Shown piece by piece: positions 42,749-57,130 of a stretch of 64,000 bases of DNA (the first letter of the stretch is position 1; each line of letters opens with the position of its first letter). Origin of the DNA: Octopus vulgaris (Eukaryota). Where the stretch lies: contig OX597831.1 of the NCBI GenBank assembly GCA_951406725.2, positions 29,326,001 through 29,390,000 of the forward strand, in the 5' to 3' direction. A program made the translations under genes and the position numbers. Under the pieces are notes generated by a model. It was not told the origin of the DNA, ran no database searches, and worked only from the letters and a program-made list of their open reading frames with translations.

Positions 42749-43770
42749 GAATATGTATGTATGTATGTGTGTGTATATGTTTGTGTGTCTATGTTTGTTC
42801 CCCCAACATTGCTTGACAATCGATGGTGGTGTGTTTACGTCCCAGTAACCTAGCGGTTCGGCAAAAGAGACCGATAGAATAAGTACTAGGCTTACAAAGA
42901 ATAAGTTCTGGGGTCGATTTGCTCGACTAAAGGCGGTGCTCCAGCATGGCCGCAGTCAAATGACTGAAACAAGTAAAAGAGTAAAAGAGAGTAAGAGTAG
43001 ATTGCGGCTGGGGGATAACAGTTTCATCAAAATAGCCGCCCTCAGCTTCCACCACAGGCTCAAGGCGGCTCTAGAACCGGGCCCATTTGTTCGTTAATGT
43101 GTCCCTAGTAAAATCTTCGAACACCTTCTTTATCTTGGTCACCAGCTCGGCCTTAGTGCTGCAGGCTGAGCGGTTGCTATCTTTCTCTACCGTGCCTTAC
43201 ACTGAGTAATCCATAGGGTTACAATCAGGGAAATTAAGGGGCCGGAAAGTGGGGATAGTGAAGTCGTAGACTTCTCCGATAACCATTTCTGATATTTCCA
43301 GAAGTTTAGCAACGAGTCCAATCCTGCTGCCACACATATGGCCTTCCGGCAGCAACCTTCCCCAGCCAGAGATTCATAGTCTCCAGCAGCTCTGTAGAAC
43401 CGTTTGAATTGAGTCCAAGCCCATGTTCAAAGAGTTGGGGTGGCATGACGTTATTCGTATTAGAGATAAACCATTACATCTTGTGGGAACTTGGCTTTGA
43501 TGATGTCCATGTCACGTGGTACAGCCTTTACTGAGTTCACACAGAATTTGACCAGAAGTCATAACGTCGGCATTTTGATGTCCGGCGCAAATCCTCAATT
43601 TTCCCAATGTTCAGATGGGTTCCAGTACTCCATGTCAGCTAAGCTTTTCTCGACTACAACTTTAATCTTTATGCTCTCCAACGCTGTTGACTTTTCACCA
43701 ATACATTAAACTGTTCCTGAAAAAAAAAAATGAAACATAAAAAATCATAAGATTTAGCCCGAACACCTTG
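42287..43770 (-). mobile_element. Decayed, deleted Tc1/mariner (maT-like) transposon with a nested insertion
   Basis: TIRs CAAAGTGTTCGGGCTAAAT / CAAGGTGTTCGGGCTAAAT; the - strand gives PLNFPDCNPMDY and EAEGGYF remnants. Confidence 0.8.
42533..42998 (+). mobile_element. SINE family A, full length
   Basis: Consensus match. Confidence 0.92.
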
Positions 43771-43795
43771 TATGTATGCACAATTGCATGCACAC

Positions 43796-43833
<38 letters not shown>

Positions 43834-43907
43834 ACTCACACACACACACCACACACACATACACACACACACACATGTGTCTGTGTTTAAACACATATTA
43901 ATGTGTC

Positions 43908-43951
<44 letters not shown>

Positions 43952-44012
43952 TATGAATATATATATACATATATATATATATATACATATATATGCATAT
44001 ATATATATATAC

Positions 44013-44090
<78 letters not shown>

Positions 44091-44137
44091 GAAGATATGT
44101 ATATATATATATATATATATAGATATATACATATCTT

Positions 44138-44169
<32 letters not shown>

Positions 44170-44619
44170 AATATAAATAACAAAAAAGTCCTCTAAACGA
44201 ATGAGCATGGCTATTTCCGGTATTTGATTATCTGTGCGGTTTTAATGGCGTCTCCTTGCGTTGGAAAACTACCTTCCAGTTGTTACATATTCTCTCAACG
44301 AAAACGGCGGATTTCCTCATTTTATTTCTTTGTTGATTTTGTTAGTTTATATTTCTTGTCTTCTGCGACTTCGTTTTTCTATTTCTTCCTAAACATCACA
44401 TATATTTTTCCCTTTGAGATTTGCTTAAAATAACGCTGTATATATAAGTATATATACATATATGAATATAGTACAATATTCATAAATTCTTAAGTTAATG
44501 TCCAACGGGCAAGCTTCGATATGTTTTTTTTTTATTCAAAAGTATTTTTTTAGCCTAATATCAACACGCTTTTATTTATAGTTTTATTTCCTTCCAGTTA
44601 AACAGTTCCAAAAAGCAAT

Positions 44620-44667
<48 letters not shown>

Positions 44668-44847
44668 ATCTGTATATTTATGTACAAAAATATATGCATA
44701 TATATATATATATGCATATATATATATACATAAATTAAATAATAAACGTAGAAATTTATATTAATCAATTAAAACCAGTGGCTTAGCATATTTAAAAATT
44801 GTGTTACATACAAAATTAAGAGGAAAGGCCACTAAAGTGAACACCTA

Positions 44848-45017
44848 ATATGCTAAACATAGACGTCAAATCGCCATTACCACGAAGAAAGTGTTCTCAA
44901 GAAAATTCTCAGCAAAACGCCAAAATGTAAAAATGAGCAAGACAAATGAAAATATAAGAATTTCTTGAGAATACATTCTTCGTGGTAATGGCGATTTGAC
45001 GTCTATGTTTAGCATAT
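44848..45017. repeat. Inverted repeat, about 61-bp arms with a 47-bp spacer
   Basis: ATATGCTAAACATAGACGTCAAATCGCCATTACCACGAAGAA... is reverse-complemented at 44957-45017. Confidence 0.9.
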
Positions 45018-45696
45018 CTATATGTGTGTGTGTCATTCTGGTAGAATGAGACCAGCCTGCCTTCTCACCTCAATCTCAAATTTAAACAGTAGACACACTT
45101 CAACGAGCCTTGCACTGGTTAAAGGAATATACAACCCCCCACACATTGGCCAAGGCATCCTCTTCTTGAGGCAGTTCCTCTTCCTAAGGCAGTTAGAAAT
45201 CCTCTCTCTTTTCAAAACAGAAGTATTTCACTTTCTTCTTTACCATACTTCGGAAAAAACTCCTCAGGCAAAGACGCACTCTTCATTGTGACACGTTTCG
45301 ACCATATTCTTTCCTTTTTGAACAGTTCACATTCAATACCTCTCGGAACACTAAATAAAGATAATATTTAGTAGTGGCTGTTGCTGATATTCTCACTGTT
45401 GTTTATACTATTTCATACATTGAAGCTAACGTTCCCAACATTATTCTATTTTTGTAATGCGAGACTTTAACTTTTAGTACTCTCCTTTCTTTCTCTTTGA
45501 TCGATTGTCATGTTTTCTCCTTTGTATTTCAGTTGCTGTTTTATATATCTTTTGAAAAACAATTGAAAGGAGTCTTTTCTAACTTTTTAACCATCAAAAC
45601 TACTCTTACGGTGGCACTTATCTTCTCCTGTTATCAATGAAATTGCAATGCTTCAAACAGAGCGAATATCCGAATGGACGCTTTGGACGCTTGCCA

Positions 45697-45727
<31 letters not shown>

Positions 45728-45956
45728 AAATAAAATAAAATAAAATTAAGGTTAACAAAACAATGTCAAAGACAAACCATTCTACAGACCCTGAATAGAA
45801 GGGATGTGTGGAATTAAAGAAATCCAAAATAAACCGAAAAAAATCCAATGCAAATCGGAAATGGAAAAATCAGAATTTCCATTAAGTAATTCAGGTAAAA
45901 ATTCCTTTCTTAGCGGGAACTCTATGAAAGACATACATCCACTGGCCGCCACATTC

Positions 45957-46005
<49 letters not shown>

Positions 46006-46162
46006 ACAAAAGATAAATTATGTTGGTGTTATCATTCATATCCAACGACCGTTGAAAAATCTTAAAGATTTACAAGACAGAAGGAGAAACAGAAAGCTTT
46101 GAATGTATATGTTCTATGAACGCCCCATACACACACGCCTATATATATATATATATATAAAT

Positions 46163-46210
<48 letters not shown>

Positions 46211-46214
46211 TTAT

Positions 46215-46269
<55 letters not shown>

Positions 46270-46636
46270 TATATATAGACATATATATATATATATACAT
46301 ATTCATTTATACAAACACACACACATATGGGTCTGTTTGTGCGCGTGTATGCGTATCTATATCTATATATCTATAACTCTCTCGCTATGTGTGTGAGCCT
46401 GTGTGTGCGAGTGTGTGTGTGCCTGTCTGTACGTGTGTTTTTCTTAATTTTCCACTATATGCATATATATTTATATATATGAATACACACATATATACAT
46501 ACATAAAAGCATGTGTATATATGTGTGTGCATCTGTATATATATAAATATGTATATATATATGCATATATATATATAGACATACATACAGACAGGCAGAT
46601 AGATAGATATGCACACACATAGAGAGAGAGCAAGCG

Positions 46637-46729
<93 letters not shown>

Positions 46730-47918
46730 TGAGCAATATTTGCAACAGACTATAACGTCATCTTAGAGACAGTAACATCTTCTGACTCATAACTCCAGTA
46801 TGTAGCGGGCCTTTTTCGATAATTCAACCCACAAAATATTCTCTTGGCTGTGTGTGAGAGAGAAAAAGAGAGAGAGAGAGAAAGAGAGAGAGTGTGTGTG
46901 TGTGTGTGTATGTGTTTGCGTGTGTGCATGTATTGATTCTCGTCTGAGTGCGAATATTAGTCGTTCATATTGGCATCTGTGTGTGTTTGCGTGTCTATGT
47001 ACGTGTTAATGCGTGCGTGTACACGTCCATTTACGCTTGCATGTGAATCTTCATTTATATTTTGTGTGTGTGTGTGTGTGTGTGCATGCGTAACTTTGTG
47101 CGTATGTGTACGTTTGAACGTATGTACGTGTATCTTTTCATGTATACGTGTACAAATTTATGCGTGTCTGTGTATGAGTGTGTGTGTGTTTGTATTTTTA
47201 TATGTATATGATCCCTTGTGCGTATGTATGTGTATTTTCTCGTGTATGCATGCGTAAATTAAGCATGCGTGCGGCTCTTTGTGTGTATGTATGCGTGCAA
47301 TCGTGATCGTATACGTATATCTTTGTATATATATGGATCCGTATCACTTCCTGTTTGTGTGTGTGTGTGAGTGTGTGTGTTTGCACATACTTACACACAC
47401 GGTTGTATTCGCTTTTTCACGTGTTTACACGAGCACGTGCGTGTGTGTGTGTGCGCGCGTGCATCCATGCGCGCACTTGTATGCGTGTATGTCTTGCACG
47501 CCCGTGCGTGCGCTTGCGTGCTTCCTATTTAATATTATTCTTGCGTATGCTGGTTTGCACGCATGCATTTGTGCATTACGTACGCGTTTGTGCACGCGCA
47601 TGCGTACACGTGATTGAGTTCGTTTGTAGATTTAAAACACCCCTCAAGGTGTTTTGTGGAGTGGATGATAAATTAGAGAAAAATTGCACGTCATAGCCTC
47701 ATCTATGGCTGTGTGGAGGTGGCTGGCGTATGGGGGGTGTGAGTGTGTGAGTGGGTGTATATATGTGTGTAACGTGTATGTGCATTTGTGTGTGTGTATG
47801 GTATATGCGTGTGTGTGTGTGACTGTGTGTGTGCACTGATGCATGGAGATGCAGTGAGTTTCTTGAAAGCCTATTTGCATGCTAACATGCATCCAAGTTT
47901 CTCTTCTTCGAGTTTGTG

Positions 47919-47950
<32 letters not shown>

Positions 47951-48004
47951 CACATATATATCTGTGTATGTATGCTTGTGTCTGTATCTGTCTATATGTG
48001 CATG

Positions 48005-48035
<31 letters not shown>

Positions 48036-48051
48036 ATATGCATATGTGTGC

Positions 48052-48084
<33 letters not shown>

Positions 48085-48341
48085 GACGCACGCACGCGCA
48101 TGCATGCACACATATACATAATATACATAAATATGTGTGTGTGCATGCGTGTTTGTGCGCGTGCGTGTGTGCGTGTGCGCGTGTGTATGTACGTCCATAT
48201 ATAGATTTATATGTATGTAGGTTTGTATGTATATATGTATGTGTTTGAATGTATGTATATGTATATATGTATGTATGTATATATGTGTGTATGTATGCAT
48301 GTGTGTGTGAAACACTACAAACTGCTGTTTATCTTAAGTTC

Positions 48342-48388
<47 letters not shown>

Positions 48389-48893
48389 CATACATGCATG
48401 CATGCATACATACATACATACATACATACATACATACATACATACATGCATACATACATACATATATACATACATACACACGCCTATGAAAAGGGAGAGA
48501 GAGAGAGAGAGCAAGAGAGAGAGAGTGAGAGAGAGAGAGAAAGAGATAAAGAGAGACAGAGAAAGAAAGAGATAAGTCTTTGCGTGATATGTAATATCGC
48601 AATATTTCGCCGTATGCTACATAACACAACAACCGTCTCCTTCTAATCTCCGAAAGTCACGGCACCGTGTCTTCGTAATCGCCAACGATTCCAGGCGATA
48701 ACCAAACACGTCCATCACCGAGAAAAGATAGATTGTGTGTTGTCTGTAACAGTTGAAATATCGGCGTCCTATGTGTTATTGGACATCCGTGATCTGTCTG
48801 ACCAACAAACTGAGTCAGCAAGCTTCCTTTTTCCTCTGGCAGGTTTCGGATATCGGCGCCATTGAAGGGTAACTGGAATGCGTTGAGATAAAT

Positions 48894-49137
48894 CAGTGGG
48901 CCCCAAACTTTTTCAGTCTACCCCCCCACTTGGCACCTAGGCCACGTTCCTAGCACCCCGCCCAACTCCCAACCACAAACATGGACCGGCCATTTTCTGT
49001 AGCAAATTATAAATAACAACCGCATTTCTCAAATAAAACGTAAACCTCATTAATCCATTATTTTGTTGTTTTTACATCCATCGTACCCGCCGCTCTTAGG
49101 CCACCCCAATATTACCCCATTTTTCTACAACGTACCC
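48894..49137. mobile_element. Possible hAT-type MITE end
   Basis: Starts CAGTGGGCCCCAAACTTTTT; no clear partner TIR found. Confidence 0.35.
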
Positions 49138-49148
49138 TGGATCTTTCT

Positions 49149-49328
49149 TATTTCTTTATTGCCCACAGGGGGATAAACACAGAGGGGACAAACAAGGACA
49201 GACAAAGGGATTAAGTCGATGAAAGGCAAAGTCAATCTCGGCGGAATTTGAACTCAGAACGTAACGGCAGACGAAATACGGCTAAGTATTTCGCCCGGCG
49301 TGCTAACGATTCTGCCAGCTCCCCGCCT
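49149..49328 (-). mobile_element. SINE family C (internal deletion) with an 11-bp target-site duplication
   Basis: TGGATCTTTCT at 49138-49148 and 49329-49339. Confidence 0.88.
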
Positions 49329-49390
49329 TGGATCTTTCTGTCCCCCACTCTTGGGTACCCTCTGGATCTTTCCACTCCACTGAATCTTTT

Positions 49391-49608
49391 CTCCAGTCCA
49401 CCCAGCTCGCAAAAATGAGTAGTACCTGTAATTCAAAAGGACCGGCCTTGTCACACTCTGTGTCACCCTGAATCTCCCTGTGAATTGCATTAAGGGTATA
49501 CATGTCTGTGGATTACTCAGCCACTTGCATGCTAATTTCACGAGCAGGCTGTTCTGTTGATCGGACCAACTGGAGCCCTCGTCGTCGTCGTATCTGACAG
49601 AATACCAG
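49391..49608 (+). mobile_element. SINE 3' part (family B-related centre, different tail)
   Basis: CTCCAGTCCAC.CAGCT...AAAAATGAGTA shared with 1915-1945; tail shared with 63340-63432 (-). Confidence 0.6.
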
Positions 49609-49889
49609 TTTTAATTCTTCTACAGCAGAAATTAGATACACCCGCTCAAAATTTCATTACCATCAACAGCAGAAAGTAGTTTTATACAACAATCTATCTT
49701 TTGTTAAAGAATATCATGTTTGAAACTATTTTCTGTCGAGATATGCAGAGTTTATTGCAGAAAATGCCAGAACTATTTCTGGAGGATATTTAACATCAGT
49801 ACCGAAATAAACAGGAAATTTAATTTCGCAGTTAAAAATTTAAAACACGTTTTAAACTCACAGTTTAATCGTCTAATTTATTATTTTAT

Positions 49890-50309
49890 TCTTTTATTCT
49901 TTTACTTGTTTCAGTCATTTGACTGCGGCCATGCTGGAGCACCACCTTTAGTCGAACAAATCGACTCCCAGGACTTATTCTTTGTAAGCCTAGTACTTAT
50001 TCTATCGGTCTCTTTTTTTCCCGAACCGCTAAGTTACGAGGAGGTAAACACACCAGCATCGGTTGTCAAGCGATTGGGGGGGGGGACAAACAAACTCACA
50101 AACATATATACACACACACACACATATATATATATATACATATATACGATTGGCTTCTTTCAGTTTCCGTCTATTAAATCCACCCACAAGGCTTTGGTCG
50201 ACCCGAGACTATAGTAGAAGACACTTGCCCAAGGTGACACGCAGTGGGAATGAACCCGGAACTGTGTGGTTGGTAAGCAAGCTACTTACCACACAGCCAC
50301 TTCTGCGCC
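49890..50309 (-). mobile_element. SINE family A, full length
   Basis: Reverse-complement consensus match. Confidence 0.9.
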
Positions 50310-50434
50310 TAACCACACAAAAAGTACAATTAGTTGTTTATATTGGTTTTATCTCTCTTGACTGTTGTTGTTAGGTTTTAAACAACACTACAGGCAGTTT
50401 TCTTGTCAGTGACTGCATGAATAATCCCACTATA

Positions 50435-50617
50435 CGTGGGGGGATGGGGTTGCTGAAAAGTTCCTGGCTTTAAGGGTATCGCGAAAGGCCTAGTAGGAGG
50501 CCCAAATATCCCAGTTCCTTTTCATGGCTTAGAAAAACTGAATAACCGCTGCAATAAGTGTGTGAATCTGAGAGGGAAATATGTTGAATAACCCAGAAAC
50601 TTTTCAGCCCTTCTTTG
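50435..50617 (+). mobile_element. mariner-derived MITE
   Basis: TIR-like GCTGAAAAGTTCCTGG / CCAGAAACTTTTCAGC; retains the mariner C-terminal remnant RCNKCVNLRGKYVE*. Confidence 0.7.
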
Positions 50618-50982
50618 TATTATAAATGAAATACTCTACAATAGCGATCCAAAAGCTGACAAATATCAGCCCTGTTCACATATATTAGTGAAATCCCGCC
50701 CCCGCCATTATGAATGTGAGCACAAAATGAGATTTCTCACCATATAACTATTAATATTAATGAAAACTCAATATCTCGATATTAATATTAATGAGAACAC
50801 AACATTAATATTAATGAGAACCTTCTCTCTTCGTCATGGTGTAAGTTTTAGCCTTAGCTCTTGCATAGTAGACCTAGCAAGGCGTCTCTCGGTTTTGAGT
50901 ACAGACACGTACATCTTCACCGGCGATGCTAAATCGCTCCAGATCTTGTGAGAAGGTGGCGTGGTATGCCTTATTGTATCTT

Positions 50983-51132
50983 AAGGCGGCGAGCTGGCAG
51001 AAACGTTAGCACGCCGGGCGAAATACTTAGCGGTATTTCGTCTGCCGTTACGTTCTGAGTTCAAATTCCGCCGAGGTCGACTTTGCCTTTCATCCTTTCG
51101 GGGTCGAGAAATTAAGTACCAGTTACGCACTG
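50983..51132 (+). mobile_element. SINE family C, 5' part
   Basis: AAGGCGGCGAGCTGGCAGAA...GAGTTCAAATTCC...AAGTACCAGT; a diverged fragment also lies at about 52075-52238 (-). Confidence 0.88.
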
Positions 51133-51385
51133 TTTCTATGTCTTTTCTTTTCTTTTTTCTTATCTTTGACAAAAAGTAACAATTGAAACGTCAGATTCTT
51201 GCCTGTTTCTTCCAATGGTGTATTCAACTTCACTGTACGCTTGTTTGTTTGTTGTTTATTCGCTTTATATTTCTACACTTTCCATACACTTTCCTTGCTT
51301 GTCTCACGCGTAATAGTATTGTTTGTTTGTTTCCACTTTGCTTCAGATTTTGCTGTTATTTGTGAAGAGAGGATTATTTTACCTA

Positions 51386-51907
51386 CCGTAAATCCTCGAG
51401 TATAATCCGCATTTTTTCCCCAAAATTTAAAGGTCAAAATCTCTAGTGCGTACTATATACGAGGTTAAAAATGAAAATTATTTTCTAAGCAATGTCCGAG
51501 TTTCTATTTGGTGTCCGGCAATGTTTATTCATGCGCATTTTGTGATGCCGGGCGCAAAAATACCTTAAGCTAAGCCTGAAAGCAATGAAGTCATAAAAGA
51601 ATCATCCATAACTTGCAGTAAGCAACATTTATTAAGATAAAAGTATTCAGAACACAGAATAACATGTCACAAAAACAATTTGCAAACATATTTACATTCC
51701 CATATAACAGTTAAGAACATCACCATTATTGTATTACGCATGCGCGGAAGTGTTTGTTCGACTAGGTGCTGCTGGCTTAATTACGCACGACTCAAGTTAG
51801 AGAAGGGGTGCGTATTATACACAAGGTTTAGGTTTTTCAGAAGTACAGTCCCCTAAAAATTCCCTGCGTATTATACTTAAGGGCGGACTATACTCGAGGA
51901 TTTACGG
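51386..51907. mobile_element. pogo/Tigger-type non-autonomous element (MITE)
   Basis: TIRs CCGTAAATCCTCGAGTATA.TCCGC at both ends; TA target duplication. Confidence 0.9.
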
Positions 51908-52524
51908 TATTTGCATCCTTACGCTTAAGTAGAATTTATTCACTGCTACTTGACCAACACACGAAATCGAAACTGTTCTATGTACCGTGTAACCAAAAGC
52001 ATATTCAGACTCTCTCACAAGCCTTGCACAAGTAACCCAGATCAATATTTAAGACCTGAAGCCGAAGGGAGAAAAAGTTACGGCCCAGGACCTTCACTAA
52101 TATTTTCTTTAATTCACCCCGGGACAGATGAAAGGCAAAACTGATCACTGACGGATGTAGACCCAGACCTTGAACCAGAATAAACAAAGCAAGGCATATT
52201 TGTCTGATGCTGTAACGATTCTGGTAATGCAACGCCTTATGTGTCTGTCTGTGTGTCTACAGACATACAGATACATGCATACAAACTCACAGATACATAC
52301 ATACGCGCGTACACATATGCACACTCACACACGCCAGTATTTATCTTCAAAAGCTAAAATTCCAAACCAACCATTCAACACACACACACACACACACACA
52401 CCTGCGTGCATGTATACATCTACATATACACATGCATGTGCTTATGCGTATATACACGTGAGCTTTTGTAAATAGGTTCACGTATATATAAGTTCATATA
52501 TGTTTATGTATGTGTGTGTGCACG

Positions 52525-52593
<69 letters not shown>

Positions 52594-53446
52594 GCACTTT
52601 TTAAAATAACAATCGATAAAAACAAATGTACAGTAACAATAACAATAACAGCAGCAACAACAACAGCAAATAAGACGAAAAATATTTTTTTTTAAATTCT
52701 CAGAAAAACAGACCAGAAACAAAAATAACATCGGAACTATAATATAAACGATAAAAAAATATATTAAAAAAGTAAGCAAAACCAAACAAAGCGAGAAAAG
52801 AAGCAAGAAAGAAGAATAAAGTTCTTGCTAAAGGATTAAACGATATTGAATCTAACACCGGAAGCCACTTTAAAATTACCCTAAAATTTGCCAAATCCTA
52901 AATAAATAATGAAATCCATAAAGGAATAAAATGGCTGCCTGTTTCCTGTTGGCTCTCTTATCTAACACAGTTTCATGACGTGTTCGTTTGTAAGAAGAAA
53001 AATGACGGCCTTACATTCTCTGTATGAGATGAACTCCTAATACTGTATGCACTGTGTTCACCTTACTTTAGCTTCTGTTTAGATTGATCTTTTATGCTAT
53101 GTTCTTGTTTTCTTCCGATAGAATTGCTGCATGTGTGGTGGTGGTGATAGTAGTGGTGGTGGTGGTGTGTTATGTGGTGTTGTATGTATGACGTGTGTGT
53201 GTGTGGGATGAGGTGACGTAGTAAATAACAAGGTAAAGAAAACAGAGGAAAAGAAATATAAAGAAAGACACAATGATAAATGCATGTATGTTATCAATGC
53301 ATATATATTAACTAATTATATGTATGTTTTTATATATGCATATTATATCAAAGGATGTATGTATGTATGTATGCATAAATGTATGTATGCACGCATGTAT
53401 ATTTATATGCATCTATATTATGTCAATTTATGTATGTATAAGTGCA

Positions 53447-53500
<54 letters not shown>

Positions 53501-54445
53501 TGTATATATATATATATATAGATGTAGATAGACAGGGATAGAGAGAGAGAGAGAGAGGTAGAGAGAGAAAGTGCGAACAAAGAAGAAAGGGTGCGTATAA
53601 AGTAATAAAAAGCAGGTAATTTTGTGAAGTAGAGATCGACCTGAAATCAAAGGAATCTCATATCAATGGAAGTCGCCGTTTGCTTTAGATTTCTCGAATA
53701 ATAAGTTTTATTTTTGTGTGTGGGGGGTCCTCTCTGAATGTCCCTAGGTGATTGCCTTCCATTTGGGACACAGATACATACATATTCCCTCACACACATA
53801 TTTATACACACATCCATCATTAAAAAGATATATGTATATATATATGTATTTGTGTGTGTGTGTGTGTGAGTGCGTGTGTTTTCTTCCACAACACCGCTTA
53901 ACAACCGCTTTGTTTACGTCCTATTAACCTAGCGGTTCGGCAAAATAGACTGATAAAATAGGAATCAGTCTTTTAAAACCTCCTGATATCAATTTGTTCA
54001 ATTAAAATTCTTGAAGACTGTGTTCCAGTATGACCGCAGTCTAATGACTTAAATAATGATGAAAGTTAATATATATATGTATGTATATATATATGTATAT
54101 ATATATATATATGTGTGTGTATATATATATATGTATATATGTATGTATATATATATGTATATATATATGTATGTATATATATATATGTATATATATATAT
54201 GTATGTATGTATATATATATGTATATATATATGTATATATATATATTTATGTATATATATATATATGTATATATATATGTATATATATATATGTATAGAT
54301 ATATATATGTATATATATATATGTATGTGTATATATATATGTATATATATGTATATATATGTTTGTATATATATATGTATATATATATATGTATGTATGT
54401 ATATATATATATATATGTATGTATGTATATATATATATATATATA

Positions 54446-54680
54446 CAGGCATACCTCACCCTACGTCGTTAATTGGTTCCAGGAGACACGACTTAAGTAG
54501 AATTAATTTGTCTCTAGGCTAAGCTAGGCTGAATTTACTTGTCTCCAGGCTAAACCGATAATAACCATTCCCAGTTCTGTACTTTATTTCTGAATGCATT
54601 TTCAATAAAACATGGTTAATAAAAAACTATTTTAAGCTTACAAACAAATAATTTTTATTTTTTAATACAGTACAGTAAAA
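54446..54680. mobile_element. Possible Tigger-like terminus
   Basis: TA|CAGGCATACCTCACCCTACG...TTGGTTCCAG; the other end was not found. Confidence 0.45.
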
Positions 54681-55390
54681 AAAAGTCATCTAAATTTACG
54701 AATACAATATGGCGGTGTTTACCGTACATCGCGGACGCCTTATTTATGAATGCGGTTTGCAATAAGACTTGGTAATATAAAAGCCTTTTTTTTAAGCTTA
54801 AAAATCAAATTCAGTAATTATTATTATTTTGCAATAGTAAAAAAGAACAAAATTATTTTAAATTTACCAATACGTACATTTACCAATACGTACATACAAT
54901 TTGGTGATTTACATCGCGGATCACACAGTTGCAAGATATGTTCAAAGGAGAAATCTCACAATATTGGCCTTTCCGTCCCATTTTATGTAAACAACAAACC
55001 AACTTCAACTTCGTGGTACATAACCAAATTTTTCCTTCAGGAATCTCAACAATGTCTCTACCTTTCTCTTGATACATCACAAATGAAAAGCATTTCCGAT
55101 AATTTACAACAGTTTGGACCACTTACAGATGGGTTTGTCATATTGATTTGGTTTTTAGTACAAAAATTTAAAGAAATAGCCATCGTTCAGCTTTTGTCCA
55201 TCCCGTTATGACTAACACATATTGTGTTGTATATATACACCTTTCTGACAAATACATTGAAGGATTGTTATCATAGTACCTGTTGCTGTTGTTGTTGTTG
55301 GTGTTGTTGTTGTTGTTGCTGTTGCTGTTGTTATTATTATTATTATTATTATTATCACTATTATTATTATTATTATTATCATCATCATCA

Positions 55391-55449
<59 letters not shown>

Positions 55450-56166
55450 CTTTATCATGATTGTTATATTTCCTCTTCATTGACAAATTACAGACAAAAC
55501 ACACACACAAACAGACACACACACACACCACCAGTCCAACCACCACCAAGACCACGGCGAACCCTCCTATCACAACGCCCACCTTTCCCCCCATGACAAC
55601 CACCACCAGTCACCCCCAATCCTCACCGCCACCACGCAAATTACAAAACCACACGAACATTTACCACCTCCACAAATAGACGTAATTCACAAAGAGAACG
55701 CGTTAAACAACGTCCAAACATATAAAAACAGCGCCAAAGAGAGAGAGCCGAGCTTTCATCTCTCCGGAAGCGACAAGTCAATCAACTTCCGTTCTCAATT
55801 ACAAACCAATGTAAATGTCTACTTCATAATTTTACATAATCACGAATATATTTATAATCCTTTATGTAAACGGTGTGTGGTATGTGGGTATATGTGTGAA
55901 TATATGTATGTGCGAATATGTATGTATGTATGTATTTATGTATGTGTGTATGTATGTATGTATGTATGTGTATGTGTGCGTATTCGTATATACATTTATG
56001 TTAACATAAGCATATCAATCTTGAATATATATGAATATATGTACGCACGCACAAATGCATTTATATATATATATACATAATTATGTGTGTATATATATAT
56101 ATATATATATTTTTATATACATATATGTATATACACACCCGTGAATCGATGAATACATACACACAC

Positions 56167-56222
<56 letters not shown>

Positions 56223-56790
56223 CTGTGTGTGTGTGTGTATGTGAGTGTGTGTTTGTATGTGTATGTGTTTGTTTAATCTCGTACATCCAGAGATGTTTGC
56301 ACGTTCAAAACTCCCTCTCTTGTAGCTTTGCATTTTCTTTAACTGTTGTATTTCTGTTTTATTCTTGAAGTTGTTGCTGCCGTTACAAACCTTCCTTTCT
56401 TTCCTTTCCTTCACAAAATGCTTCTTCGATCGTTTACTAATTAGGTGCAATTAGTAATCCGACCCATCACGAAAACTCACACCCAACTGAGGTACACGTG
56501 CTTTCTCAACCATTTTGCGGGGTGACAGTTACATGTTAATCGCGGCCCTGATCTGCGCTAGAAACTAAGGCTTTTGTTGGAAACAAAAACCAGTAAAAAA
56601 AATGGTCTGTTGACTCGCTTTGATGCTCCTTGTTTATTTTCCGGGATCCCTTATGCAGTGTATGAATGTATGTATGTGTGTATGTATGGATGTATGTATG
56701 TATGTATGTACACTCACACATATATATATATGTATATATATACACACACACACACACACACATATATTTGTATAATATATACACGTATGC

Positions 56791-56828
<38 letters not shown>

Positions 56829-56868
56829 ATAATAATTCTCTAAAAGGGATATAGACAGTAACTGCTCG

Positions 56869-57090
56869 ATAACATAAGGGACTAAAGCCATCTGAATATG
56901 GCTAGGGACAGGGCAGGGTGGTGGGGGTGTTACTGTTGCATTTAGCCCCAGGCGAACATCGACGTCACCAGAAAGGCTCTGTCGAGCCTTTCTGGTGACG
57001 TCGATGTTCGCCTGGGGCTAAATGCAACAGTAACACCCCCACCACCCTGCCCTGTCCCTAGCCATATTCAGATGGCTTTAGTCCCTTATG

Positions 57091-57094
<4 letters not shown>
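56869..57094. repeat. Perfect palindrome, 111-bp arms with a 4-nt loop
   Basis: 56869-56979 is the reverse complement of 56984-57094; a related diverged sequence lies at about 52-140. Confidence 0.95.

Positions 57095-57125
<31 letters not shown>

Positions 57126-57130
<5 letters not shown>

Noticed and set aside
45255-45310. Minus-strand GAAACGTGTC...CTGAGGA, possible type-II hammerhead
   Set aside because: Stems I and II do not pair convincingly.
48640-48890. Minus-strand open stretch (...ADIRNLPEEKG...) as a host exon
   Set aside because: No supportable splice context; faint resemblance to LINE RT C-termini only.
55700-55800. Promoter (TATAAAAA plus CCGGAAG); similarly CCAAT boxes at 23380-23480 and CCGCCATTTT at about 18407
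   Set aside because: Short motifs expected by chance in 64 kb; no associated transcript evidence.
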